Origin: Iphione sp. A-MEVVRFRX5 | Taxonomy: Eukaryota | Reading direction: 5' to 3' | Length of the DNA stretch: 64,000 nucleotides | NCBI GenBank assembly: GCA_976226885.1 | Contig: OZ320322.1 | Location: 28,830,001 to 28,894,000, forward strand | Shown: positions 52,975 to 64,000 of the stretch, in pieces | Layout: the number at the start of each line of letters is the position of its first letter | Numbering within the stretch: the stretch's first letter is position 1 | Program-made: the position numbers and the translations under genes | Notes under the pieces: model-generated | Told to the model about the DNA's origin: nothing | Database searches by the model: none | What the model saw: the letters and a program-made list of their open reading frames with translations, nothing else

Positions 52975-55900
52975 GGGTTCGGCATGTCATTCTGACACGT
53001 TCAATTTCGGGTTGACCCGTTGTCGGCTAAATTATCAACAAATTTAGGGAAGCTTAATGGCTTCCTAATCTAACAGTCTTGTCTTCTGCAACTGCTGGTC
53101 TATTAAATAGTTTGAATTACTTTAGGGGGGTGATAACTGAAGCCAAAAGGAAAATGTTTCCTATCTATTTCATCGCTTATCAATTTAGTAAAAGGTCTTC
53201 TCTTGTTAAAAGCAAGAGGATTTTACCTTAAATTAGATATATTTATGAACATGCATTAAGGAGACGGTTAGTTTGTTCCATACATGTCTTTAGGGAGTTA
53301 GATATTTGCGTTTAAATGCGACGGTCGTATTCTACGCTCTCCCCTGAGTACCGAGTCGAGATTTCACACAGTCTTAAGATGTATATAAACGTGATCCAAT
53401 CCTGAAGATGTTATTTCCAAACACCTAGATGAAAATGGGCATACAGAAGATTTCATCAGATATTCTGTTTTAGATGAAAGGACAGCCCGAGGGACCTATT
53501 AAAACCCCTTGTCGTTCAAATATCGAAGAGTCACATAAACATCCATGCAGACCGGGAGAATCTGTGTTATCAGTCTCGTCAGTCTCTAGGAGACTCCACT
53601 CCAGACCCGTTCTTACTCTGTATGCGTGACAAACATTTTTTTTCTGCGCTTACCTAAGACGTATGAACCTTCAAATATTTCAGCGTATCAATTAATATAG
53701 GCAGTCTATACCACGGCGTTTCTTTCTTAATTCATGATTAGAATTTAGCATGTTTAGATTCATCTCAGGGGCCCAATTACGCAATCAATCAAGTGAGGCT
53801 TCTGGTAGGAGGGTTGGTGTGCGGGATGAGGGGAGCGGGGGTTGGGAGGTGGGGGGTGGCGCTACCTTGGCGCATCCGACGGGTGTATTAGTCAATCTAT
53901 CATTCATTGTCTTACAGGCGGGTATGGGCGGGGCAAGTAGGCGATAGTAATGGAAACGGAGCACGACTGAACCTTATATGGCGACCACGGCAGATGGCAC
54001 TCCACGGCAAGTTATGTCTGAACTGGCTGATAAGCTTCTTGTGGGTAGTCCCGCAAATGTCGTATGCTCGATACCCCTAAAAGGATGTGCATTGAGAGGG
54101 AATTGGACGTCGCTCTTGACTTCAACGTAAGGTTGATTATAAATTCAAAAATGTGTTTCTTTTCAGGTGATAAAAGTTTGGCATAACAGCTTACCAAAGA
54201 ACGTGGCTCAGGTTTACAACAAGGATATCTGGCAGTTTGCGGAAAGGCGTGTGGTTGCTTGACGAGTGACTATACGGGTGGATATGGGCCATAGAATGCT
54301 GCGTAATATCTCACTCCCTGAGATCTGGGCTTCAATATATGAAAGGATGGTGCTGTAAGTCTACGGGCACTTGTAGCATCACCCGTTTGATGGAGTCGCT
54401 TACAAACATGCAACTGTATGATTTCATATAATGGTTGAATGTACCTTGGACGGGTTTGTCATTATGGCTTCCCTCGATGGAAAGCTGTGGCTTCAGTTAC
54501 CGGAAGTGATATCGTCCCTGAGTGGGCGATATTGAGCCCCTTTCAACGTACGCCTTGATTTCATAGTATACCTCGGCTATTTTTGGCATTTTTGCTTACG
54601 TAAACAGCACAAGACACTTGACACTTTGTGTAATATGCAAGTGTTTCTCAGGATGAAGCGCTAGTCAAAACAAGAAAATATGAATAAAATACCTTGATGG
54701 TTTGTATATAGTGTAATTTCTGCAAATCGTTGTCTGTTGTCTGTCCGCTACGACTATGATTTCGTTATCCTTTTGCGCATTCAGACTTTTCAGCATACAG
54801 CATACTTTATGAGGGAATATATTCAATGTATTACAGCGCATTTTCTCTAGGCAAGAATAAAGCCTATTGTCACGGAATCGCAGGATGACAGACAAATAGA
54901 TTGAATACCGAAATTAATTACATTGTTCGCAAAGTCTTGCATTACAAGAAGAAACAACAGCGCTATGAAGAGAGTCCCTTTTTAAGGAGATTCCCCGCAG
55001 AGGAAAGCAAGTCGGTAGTTTCCCTGAAATAAAAGGCCTTCGACGACGGGGTTGTTTCATTTTGTTACAGATTCTCTATCGTAACTGCATTTGCAACATG
55101 ATATGCTTCACATGCACAGAAACAAATTGCAGCAGGCGTAGTTTCCTGCGCGCCATAGTTTTAATCAGGGTCTCATTGTTCCATTAAACGCATTAAAACC
55201 GTATCAGTGTTGATGAATAGGGTCGCTAGAGAGCGGAGCAGTCCACAAGGGGTAGAATCTATTCCAAAGGGATCAGCTTTAACATAATTTCAGTCTTATT
55301 GTCTGAGCTTGAAGGCAGCATATATTGCTCATAACTTCTTTTTTTTAAGAAATAGGTGAGAATCGTATATTCGCACACACAAAGCGTGATATATTATGCA
55401 AACGGTGAAGAGCGGTATACTTCTCTGATCGGAATAACTACACATACAGAAAGGAAACGGTGACAAATTGCCAGCGACAAAGTGACACTGAAAGGAATTT
55501 CACAAGAATAAACTGCGGACTCCCCCTTGGTTTTCACAGCCTTTTCAATGATACATTGCCAGTGTGGGGAGGTAGGCTGGTGAGTGCAATTCACTGTGCA
55601 CTTCTTTTTGTTTGGGATGAGGCTATATAAAGTAACACGATGTGCGTATATCTTAAAAATGAACAAAAGCAATGCTGGAGATAGATTCAATTTGCTTTCA
55701 TGTATGTTTAATCCGGCAGAGAAAAAGTTCTGGACAACTTTTTTAAAGGGTACCTCCGCGCAGATAATTCACTTAACTCCTGGAGTCTACCATGACAAAT
55801 TAAAGTTCAAATGTCATCCGAAATACAGAAAGATTGAATTGTAATAGAATGCCACAAGAAATTAAATGCGAATCATGACCAATATACGGTCCTATCGCCT

Positions 55901-56695
55901 CTCCATCTCGTGAATCTTATTAACATTTTATCCACACGACATAAAAAAAGGATTATGGGAAGAAAACGAACAAGCAGTAATGTTTAAAGAAATATGCACT
56001 GAAATACAGAAACTTAGAAACTATCTAAGCGAGACATGACATGCTAAGCAGTGGTAAACCTAGCGGAGGCTGCATGTACCACTAAAAAGATGCTAACTAC
56101 ACTGGACAGTGTTTGTGTATCGTTCTTGAAAAAACACATGTCCAGCCAGGTTGACATGGGCCAATCCAAGCAAATTTTTTTTGTTAAGGAATTTTTCATA
56201 TTATGTTCATATTGTGGGGTGTAAATTATGCAACACTGCCTACAACCCTGTGTAATCCGTAGTCTGCAGTCACTGCATGCCCTTTATCATATCCTAGCGG
56301 AAACTATAAGTACATTCTTATCCTATACATCGCACACCATACGTACAGACGTGCAGACACTTTGGCCTGCATTTGTGAAAGTCTCTGAAGACGGAAGAGA
56401 AATCGGCATTAAGCACGGTCCCCACTCACTCGCGATCCTTGATGCTATCAAATACCGCATGATGTTTTACTAATTACCGATGTCTTTACTTGTCATTCCT
56501 ATGTATTCTGTCACATCTTTCTCATTTCCATCTACCAAATTTACATGATATGCCAGTATTTATCACCATTACCGCATTTTCAGCTTGCAGTGTTGACTGT
56601 AGGGACATTGTATACGTACAGCGAAGGCTCAAAAATCAGGACATCAGGTTTCTGTCCAGATTTCTGGTCCACTGAGATTTGTTTTCAACTGCTAA

Positions 56696-57003
56696 GGCCT
56701 AAAAAAGTATATGTGTTTCTGGTACTATGCTGAAAATATATAGGGTCGGTCGGAAGGTCCCATTTTTTTTCATGTTAAAGTATTCTAAAGATAAATATAT
56801 ATTATAATGTCCCTTTCACAGCTTAGATATAAATAATATATATATCAAATGAAAGCTAGTAACAATTTGGTATATAAATTATGAGTCTATCATTATTCTA
56901 TCTGAAGTTATTCAAAAAACGAAGAAAAAAAATAAAAGTTACAATTTGCTGTAATATAAGGTCGGTCGGGTTACCAGAAACATAGATATTTTTTGTTTAG
57001 GCC
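56696..57003. mobile_element. MITE with GGCCTAAA TIR and TAA target duplication (PIF/Harbinger-like)
   Basis: taa-GGCCTAAAAAAGTATATGTGTTTCTGGTA ... TACCAGAAACATAGATATTTTTTGTTTAGGCC-taa; GGTCGGTCGG motifs near both ends; AT-rich interior. Confidence 0.85.
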
Positions 57004-60000
57004 TAAATACAGGGAAAGGATATTTCCTTTCTGGAGAGATCGAGCTGTCCTGGTCCCTGTCTTGGTTTCTTATCTGTCCCGACAGTGATTTTCCACGGAA
57101 TATGCAATAATTATGACTAAATATACATTTAAATGTAGGTGTTTAAAATAACTACATCTACCTAGGTATATAAGGGCACACGTATAATCTACGTTATCCA
57201 CCCGTTGTTATATCGTGCCCTCTATATCCAGTTTCTCTCCATCGGAAAGTGAAGCGAAGATGTTTAATATTATCGAGGACGACGCATCTACACAGGAAAC
57301 GAGGCTACCATGACAAATCGTGACGGCGCAAGGCCAAACAGCAGAAATTTATCGAAAAGGAAAAAAGGCAAAGGCGCCAAAGTAAGACAAAAAAGGGAAA
57401 AACAACCGAATAAAGATAATATTGTGATACGTGGGCCATGGCCAACAACAGGGGGTATATCAGGAAAAGACGTGACGTACTTGTGGGCGTATAAAACGTA
57501 CACTCGGTCAAAAAAAAACGAAGCACAGCTTCAACATGGCAAATTTATCACTTGTATTCATACGACGACATATCCAAAATAGACCTGTCTGCAGATGAAG
57601 GAAATTTTCTCTTAAAATGTACCTCATAAATGTTTTATCAGTAAAATGAAGCAAAAGAGAAAGAAAACGAGGAGAATATTTCTTACAAGGGTACAACCGA
57701 ACTGATGTCGTCTACTTCTGGTTCCTTGGATAAACCAGACACATACACACTGCATCTATCAAATAGCTGTCCAATTACAAAGAATGGCATTCTACATAAA
57801 TGCTAAGTATGATTAGCCCTCTTCTGTTAAGTATAGCCTGTCACCATAGTTTATGATTAGATTTTCCACATGGCTCGCCATTAGGTGTAAATCAAAACAA
57901 GTGAGGATCACATGCACATTGTTTTGTGGGACTGAAAGGAGTCGGGTGGAATCAAAGGCTGTCCACTGCAGCAGTCACCAAGCTCCAAACAGATTAATCT
58001 GCCACTGAATATAAGTCGGTCGGTTGAATATTTAAAAAAAAATTTGCAATAGAATCAGATAGATGTACTGTACGTATGTTGACGCTAATATGCCATATTC
58101 ACCTTAAATTTCTTTCGAAACGCCCACGGTTATGTTAATAAACAAAAAGGTGCAACGAAATGATATATGTACATATATTGTGTGCATTTGAATAATTACG
58201 AGTGGAGAGGGGTCTGGGAAACACTGCGAGGGGAGGATATATGTGAGTGTTTATGCGGATAGAGTCACCTTTATGTTCGTGGAAGAAGCCAAGATAGATT
58301 TCATCGATGATTGAGTTAGCTATACCTACTCATTTAAATGTACAGTCAGACTTCGCTACTTCAAATCTAGATGTTTGCCGAAATTTTGACTTAAGCATTG
58401 AATCATATGAAGCATCAAATCAGTGTAGACTTATCGTATTATGGTTCTCAATTGCAGAGAAAATCTCAGTTTTGAGTTTTTGAAGAATTGAGGTCTGACT
58501 GTCTTCCATTACTATAGGTATATCCACATCTACATACCACTAATATAAATAACAAGCTTTACACATGTATATCACTTTCAGAAATACAGGTGTATTTTAC
58601 TGTATGCATAATAGTGTCTACAATCCAATTAAAATATTTTCTAAATAAAGGTATATGAAAACATTATTGACTTTTTCAACTATCGCATCTGGATGAAGCC
58701 ATTCCAGTAAGGGTTCTGAAGATCTGCATACATATCCATGTACTTGACAAAATCATGCAAAGGACTTGGACAACGGAAGGATGAAAGACCCGCGTCTATC
58801 CACAGTATAAAAACTAAGTTTGGTTGCTTATTGTCACGAAAAGCATCATTTCTTTCCATGAAGTCGGATGAGAGCCTAGTGCTCCGCTTGTCGAAATACC
58901 TAGGAATATATCGAACATTTATTCAACCATGGAAAAAATCATTTATGCAAATCAGGCAAGGGGGTGTGGTGTTTGTCAACCGCGTGAAAAGCTTGCACGA
59001 TACTTTCCCATCAGTCATCGTGACATGCAATGGCTGCGGAGTTAATTCCTATTCACCACGTCGTCAATTATTTATGAGGGTCAAGGTAAACCCAGGCGAC
59101 GTAGGCGGGGCATGGTGTATGTGGGGCGTTGATGAGTGAATGATTGATGTAAACATAGCCAGCACTGAACCCCCTCCCCCCTCCCGCCCCCTCAAAAAAA
59201 ACCATAAGACTCACTCTATGCACGCCGGAGCCCAAAACGCATGCCCATCCGGTCTCTGCTGGTCTTTAAAATGTACACCGCAGGCTGACCCAATCAATCA
59301 GCCACGTGTTTGTGTCTGATGTGATCTTTTTTTTCTTCCTTACGCCTGAATATCAATTACATATCGAGATGAGATTTTCCACGAGCGCCGGCCGCCGTCC
59401 AGGCGGGTGCTCTATCCAGGGATTCGCCTGATGAAAGGGAGATCCACCATTGCGTGATAATGACTGTCATTCCTACGGCCGGGCCCACTTTCAGTTTGTC
59501 TTTAAAGTTTGACTTAACTTTTTCGCCAGCGGGGGGGGAGGGGGCGGGAACTCCGGTCGTGCATCACGTGATCGGCGGGTGGGCGTGGCCAGCAGCGCCA
59601 TCGGCTGACGGCGGTTTGAAACAACGGAGGTGGGCCAAGGTGGGCGAATGAGAGAACGGGGAAGCCACAGCCATGTATGTGGCTCCACCCTTCCTCCAGC
59701 CACCAAGATCAATTCTAGTTGAATTCAATGCACGGGCGACCCCAGCAAAGAGAACTGCTGCCGGCAATACCATGAAGACTGGGCAAGAAAAAAAATAAAA
59801 CGACATGCTGCAATAAGTGACCGACCAAAACCTTCCAACTGCTGACAGTGATTCATGGTTATGTCTATGTGTTAGTAGAGTTTTAATTGGAAATTGAAAC
59901 GCATTTTCTCCTGTCTTTTTCTTGCCTAAAGTACCTGCAAGTATAATAAGATGCAAATTATTAATAACGTCAGGTCAGGGGGTGTTCGTGCCTCGCTGCA

Positions 60001-60867
60001 TTGCAGGCGCCGGCGCCGTGTGCACGCTCGATGATCGCCCGTCTACATGAACATGTTGTGGTGGTGGTAGTGGTAGTAGTGGTGTTGTGATGGTGGTAGT
60101 ATTAGTGTTCATGGTAGAACAAAAGACGTCTCTATTTACGCACGTACTAGTGACGAAATACACGCGTTCTCTACTGCGGTATGTCCAAGCCTTACGGGGC
60201 ATATATCCTATACCTTGTGTAGAGTAATTAGTTAGCGAGGACTGTTTGGATGGACTGGAGAGGAGCGTGGCAGCCATCCCAAGAGTGAGTGACCAAATCA
60301 CAGACAGGTCTTACTCTTTAACCTTTCGTTGAGCTCTCAGCGAAAAGGGTACACACATCTGGTACCTCCGCCCGTCGTCAGTTGTATGCTTCATCTAAGA
60401 AACATCATAATCGCTTTTTGTTTCATCAATGTTATCCAAGGCAGAGTGTTGGTGACCATAGAGGTCCATCGTTCGGTTTAAAAAAAAATACTGGCGTTTG
60501 CCAGTCATGTGCATTCACTGCCATCCAGAGGGTATTCCCACATCACGCCCCCGCCGACACCGAGTCCTATTCTAAAGCCATACATGTAGATATGTATTGT
60601 GGATGCGGTGGATGGAGAGTGGCACATTTTTTGTTCAATTGAGTGGGACACAGCTGAATCAGCCACCTCCCCCACCCCCCTCCGCCTGGTCTCTACCATT
60701 ATCCTGCCACACAGGATAGAGCTATTCCTCACCATTGACTCCCCTAACGAGTGACACGTGTGAATTACAGCCCGCCGCGCTGGCTACTACCGCTGCTGGC
60801 GGAGCGATATCAATTGTACCCATGATGGCGGTGAATGGTCCCCTCCGCCGGGAAATTAGTTCGCGGC

Positions 60868-60881
60868 GCGCCCCCTGGTGA
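60868..60881 (-). promoter_or_regulatory. CTCF-like motif (reverse)
   Basis: Reverse complement TCACCAGGGGGCGC, 13/14 match. Confidence 0.5.
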
Positions 60882-63800
60882 GCGTCACGCCCGAGTGATT
60901 GCACGCTGGCTGGGTTATCAGGTGATGCATCGGCCGCCACGGATGGCTGAGTATGGCGCCGTGTTGTATCCGAGTGTATCAGAGCCTCTGCCAGGAGGTC
61001 TTTTGTTCGATGATAATGATACGCGCCTAACAGCATCGCTCTATGAAATCTGAACAACAGCGAATCGATTTGTATCGATGACTATGGGTGTAACCTTTTT
61101 TTGATCTTTCACACAGGTTAAAATAGCACTTGCGCAGTAGGTCGTTTTCGTAGTGGAATTTGACGATGCATTATTCGTTTCAGCATTGATCAGTTGAGGA
61201 ATCGTTAATAAAGCTGTAGCGAAACTTTTAGTGGGACGACTATGACAATGTGGAAAAGGGAAACTTAAAAGGGACATTCCCTTTGGGAATTTCAAGAATC
61301 GATTATCGTCCTCTCACCCCCCGCCAGCTCTCTGTCTGAATTTCCTTTTTTCCTCATCTGCATTTACCTTCAATGTCTTCCTTTCTATTTTATCAACTAC
61401 CAATGGCCTGGACGAACTTTTTATCAAGAGTTTACTGAAAACCTTAAGAAAAAGCATTGACCAACCTACACCACCTTAGAAAATAAACCACTTTTCCTAT
61501 ATCCTCTATATGATGTGTATGTACTGTAGCTTGTAGCGAATGGAGTTGGAAATCCAGAAAAGTCCTAGGATTTAAGGATGAAATACTTTCAACAACTTTT
61601 TGAGGTCCTTAACAGCAGTAGCATACTGATGATTCAATCGAAGGTAGAGTAATCTGAGATTCATGCTTGGCGTATGCACACAACTTGCACGTGTGGATAT
61701 GTAATCTGGTGATCATAGCCGTTTCTGTGGAATCATAAAAGTAAACATTGATGTACATATAAATGCTGTTTTAAATGTACCGTAATCTACTCGGGTCACA
61801 CTACGGCCCCTGCGTTGCATAACCCAATCTAGTTCTGAACCCATTTCCGAGAGAGTTCCAAATGAAAGTCTACCAGCTTTAGGATAAAAAGACCTTCCCA
61901 GCTCAGGTTGCCGCTCATTAAATCATTCTGAAACAAAAGACGGCAGAGCATCACGTTTCTAATTGTTCACCCGGATTGCCCGCCTGCGACGACCAGCCGT
62001 TAAATCGCGGTTCTCGGATTCTCTCACGAGACATGCGTCAATTAAAGCAGACCCGACCTCTGGTGGCGGGGGTGAACGATTCAAAGCCCAAGTCTTCGCC
62101 ACAACGTGGCGACGATACTCGCCTTATACAAAAAGCCCCAATGCCAGAAGAAACACAATGCTGAACTGCTACAATCGCTTCCTTTTTAGATTTCAAACGT
62201 CTATATCATCGGAGAATCATAATTACGGCACAAGCTTTGTAGCCGTTTTGCGAAAGGCACTTGCCTGTTGTATATATGTACAAGGAAAATATGAAGTCTG
62301 CTATGCCGATGACAGTATACTTAAGAAAGTAACATGAAGGATTTGAACTTCCCTATAGATAAAGTCCATTAAGCGATATCAAACCTACAAAAAATGATTA
62401 AAAAAATCATAAGTGAAATACAACTGCTGGCCAAAAAGTAGAGCCTGGCTAATTAACTCCTCTACGTGTGCAAGAAGATAAATCCCTCTTCAATCTATAA
62501 CGGTTCTGCTTCTCGAGTACAGTCCTATATGTACTCTAAATAGATGTCTTTCGAGTGCGACCCCTTGATTCTACTATTGTGGATGATGAACACTCAACAC
62601 ACTCTCCTAATTCACTTGCCCTATCCCTCCACACAGCCATAGGACGGCAGAGGGTGTTCCAAACTCATCACGCGTCTGCTTGACCTTTGGTCTGCTTCCG
62701 GGCTCGGATCGTGCGCCAATCAGCGTCAGCTATTTGCTTAATGTTGACATAGTGATGTGTCCCTTGGATTCTCAGCCCTCTTGCCTACTGCCAGAGGCTG
62801 GCGGACTGTGCGGCCCTTGGGGGCTTGGAACCGTCCCTATATCGGGCACTGAGTAATGTGTCTGCCTGAGCAGGACACGGTCTCTGCCTGTTACTTGTTC
62901 CTTAGACATTTACGCCCATTTTCCCTGTCGCTCTGTTTCTTTGGCTGTATCTCTGTCTTCCCCCGTCTCTCTCTTCTTCTATGACTCTTCAGCTTTCATC
63001 AGTATACACGTCATGTAACACAATCATATACAAACACCAGTACTCTATAAAAAAAACCTCTCTGTTTTGGGGGCGAGGTCTATGTATTGAGCCATTTGTG
63101 GGAAAAAGAAAGACATAACCGGCATAACACAACTCAACGTCGTTATCTGGAGAGGTATGCAGAAAGCTTGCACGGGAGCTATAGTGCAAGAGAACAGCTG
63201 TGTCGCAGGATGGAGGTAGATGAGACACCACTGAAGTGAGATATGGCGCAGCCATTTACATTTCACCCAGTCCTTGTACAGTCATTCCCATTTGCGTGGT
63301 CGCTATTGCTGTACAGCAAGGCAGTATGGTATGTACGCCCCACTTTAATTCGTATAAATGAAACGTGCTAGAAGAGATCGACCTTAAGATATGTTTATAC
63401 ATGTATACATATGCGTGTATGTACACATCTGTGTTTATATGCTGTTCTGTGTGCTGAAGTACTGACGGCGCGAGGTCATTGCGGGTTCTGAGAAAACCTA
63501 ACTCTACTCAGGAACACAATTTTACCTTCATCCGGATGTAAAGAACGTTCCTCTGCATCTAGTAGCGTCCTTTATATACACGCTACACATGCCTGTATGT
63601 ATAGGCACATTTGTATTAAATATTCAACCGTTTGCACATTTACGTGGCAATAAAAGCTATCTGCCTTGTTGTCTAATATGAATGTGTGGATGGCCTACAT
63701 GACAAACAGGGTCGAACCGGTAGTACCTGTAATGTACTACTCCTACTAGGTCGAGAAGCCAGACTACAGACTGATGGGACACATAAATAATCATCTATTC

Positions 63801-64000
63801 GTATTAGCGTAACTCGTAAGCCTACACGAAATACTGAAACAAGAGGAAAGAAATTCTATGCGAATATAGAACATAAATTTTAATGTCCGTGTACTTAGAT
63901 GTTTAATACAATCTTCTCGGGACGACCATTTATGGAAAACTATTCTCCAAAATCGTTTTAGAGAATACAGCATTTAACAAAGAGAACGAACTTCCATCGT

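Noticed and set aside
116-63973. The large set of 60-165 aa ORFs in the supplied track
   Set aside because: Overlapping on both strands, often starting at non-ATG codons, dominated by low-complexity or GC-driven open frames, and with no domain I can recognise.
1-64000. tRNA, rRNA, snRNA, CRISPR arrays and RAG-type RSS/TIR signals
   Set aside because: No diagnostic sequences seen; CACAGTG and CACTATG heptamers occur singly without matching partner motifs.

Overview
A mostly non-coding eukaryotic window, probably from a marine invertebrate. Lancelet (Branchiostoma) is my best guess, inferred from at least 11 copies of TACATGTA, undepleted CpG and the style of the transposon remnants. None of the listed ORFs resembles a protein family I recognise, and I found no tRNA, rRNA, snRNA, CRISPR array, recognisable miRNA or homeobox. 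The best coding evidence is one minus-strand exon (14730-14971) with acceptor, Kozak ATG and donor, encoding a clear signal peptide of an unidentified secreted or membrane protein. The rest is an AT-rich background broken every few kb by GC/CpG-rich islands, often flanked by G/C tracts. These islands carry strong CTCF-like motifs in a divergent/convergent arrangement, plus Pbx-Hox/Meis, nuclear-receptor, MYB and NF-kB-like site clusters, which suggests a regulatory landscape. Mobile DNA comprises four PIF/Harbinger-type MITEs with TAA/TTA target duplications, two Helentron/DINE-like elements (one nested in a MITE) and a Penelope-type minimal hammerhead ribozyme with a mutated core. All motif calls were made by eye and none was computed.
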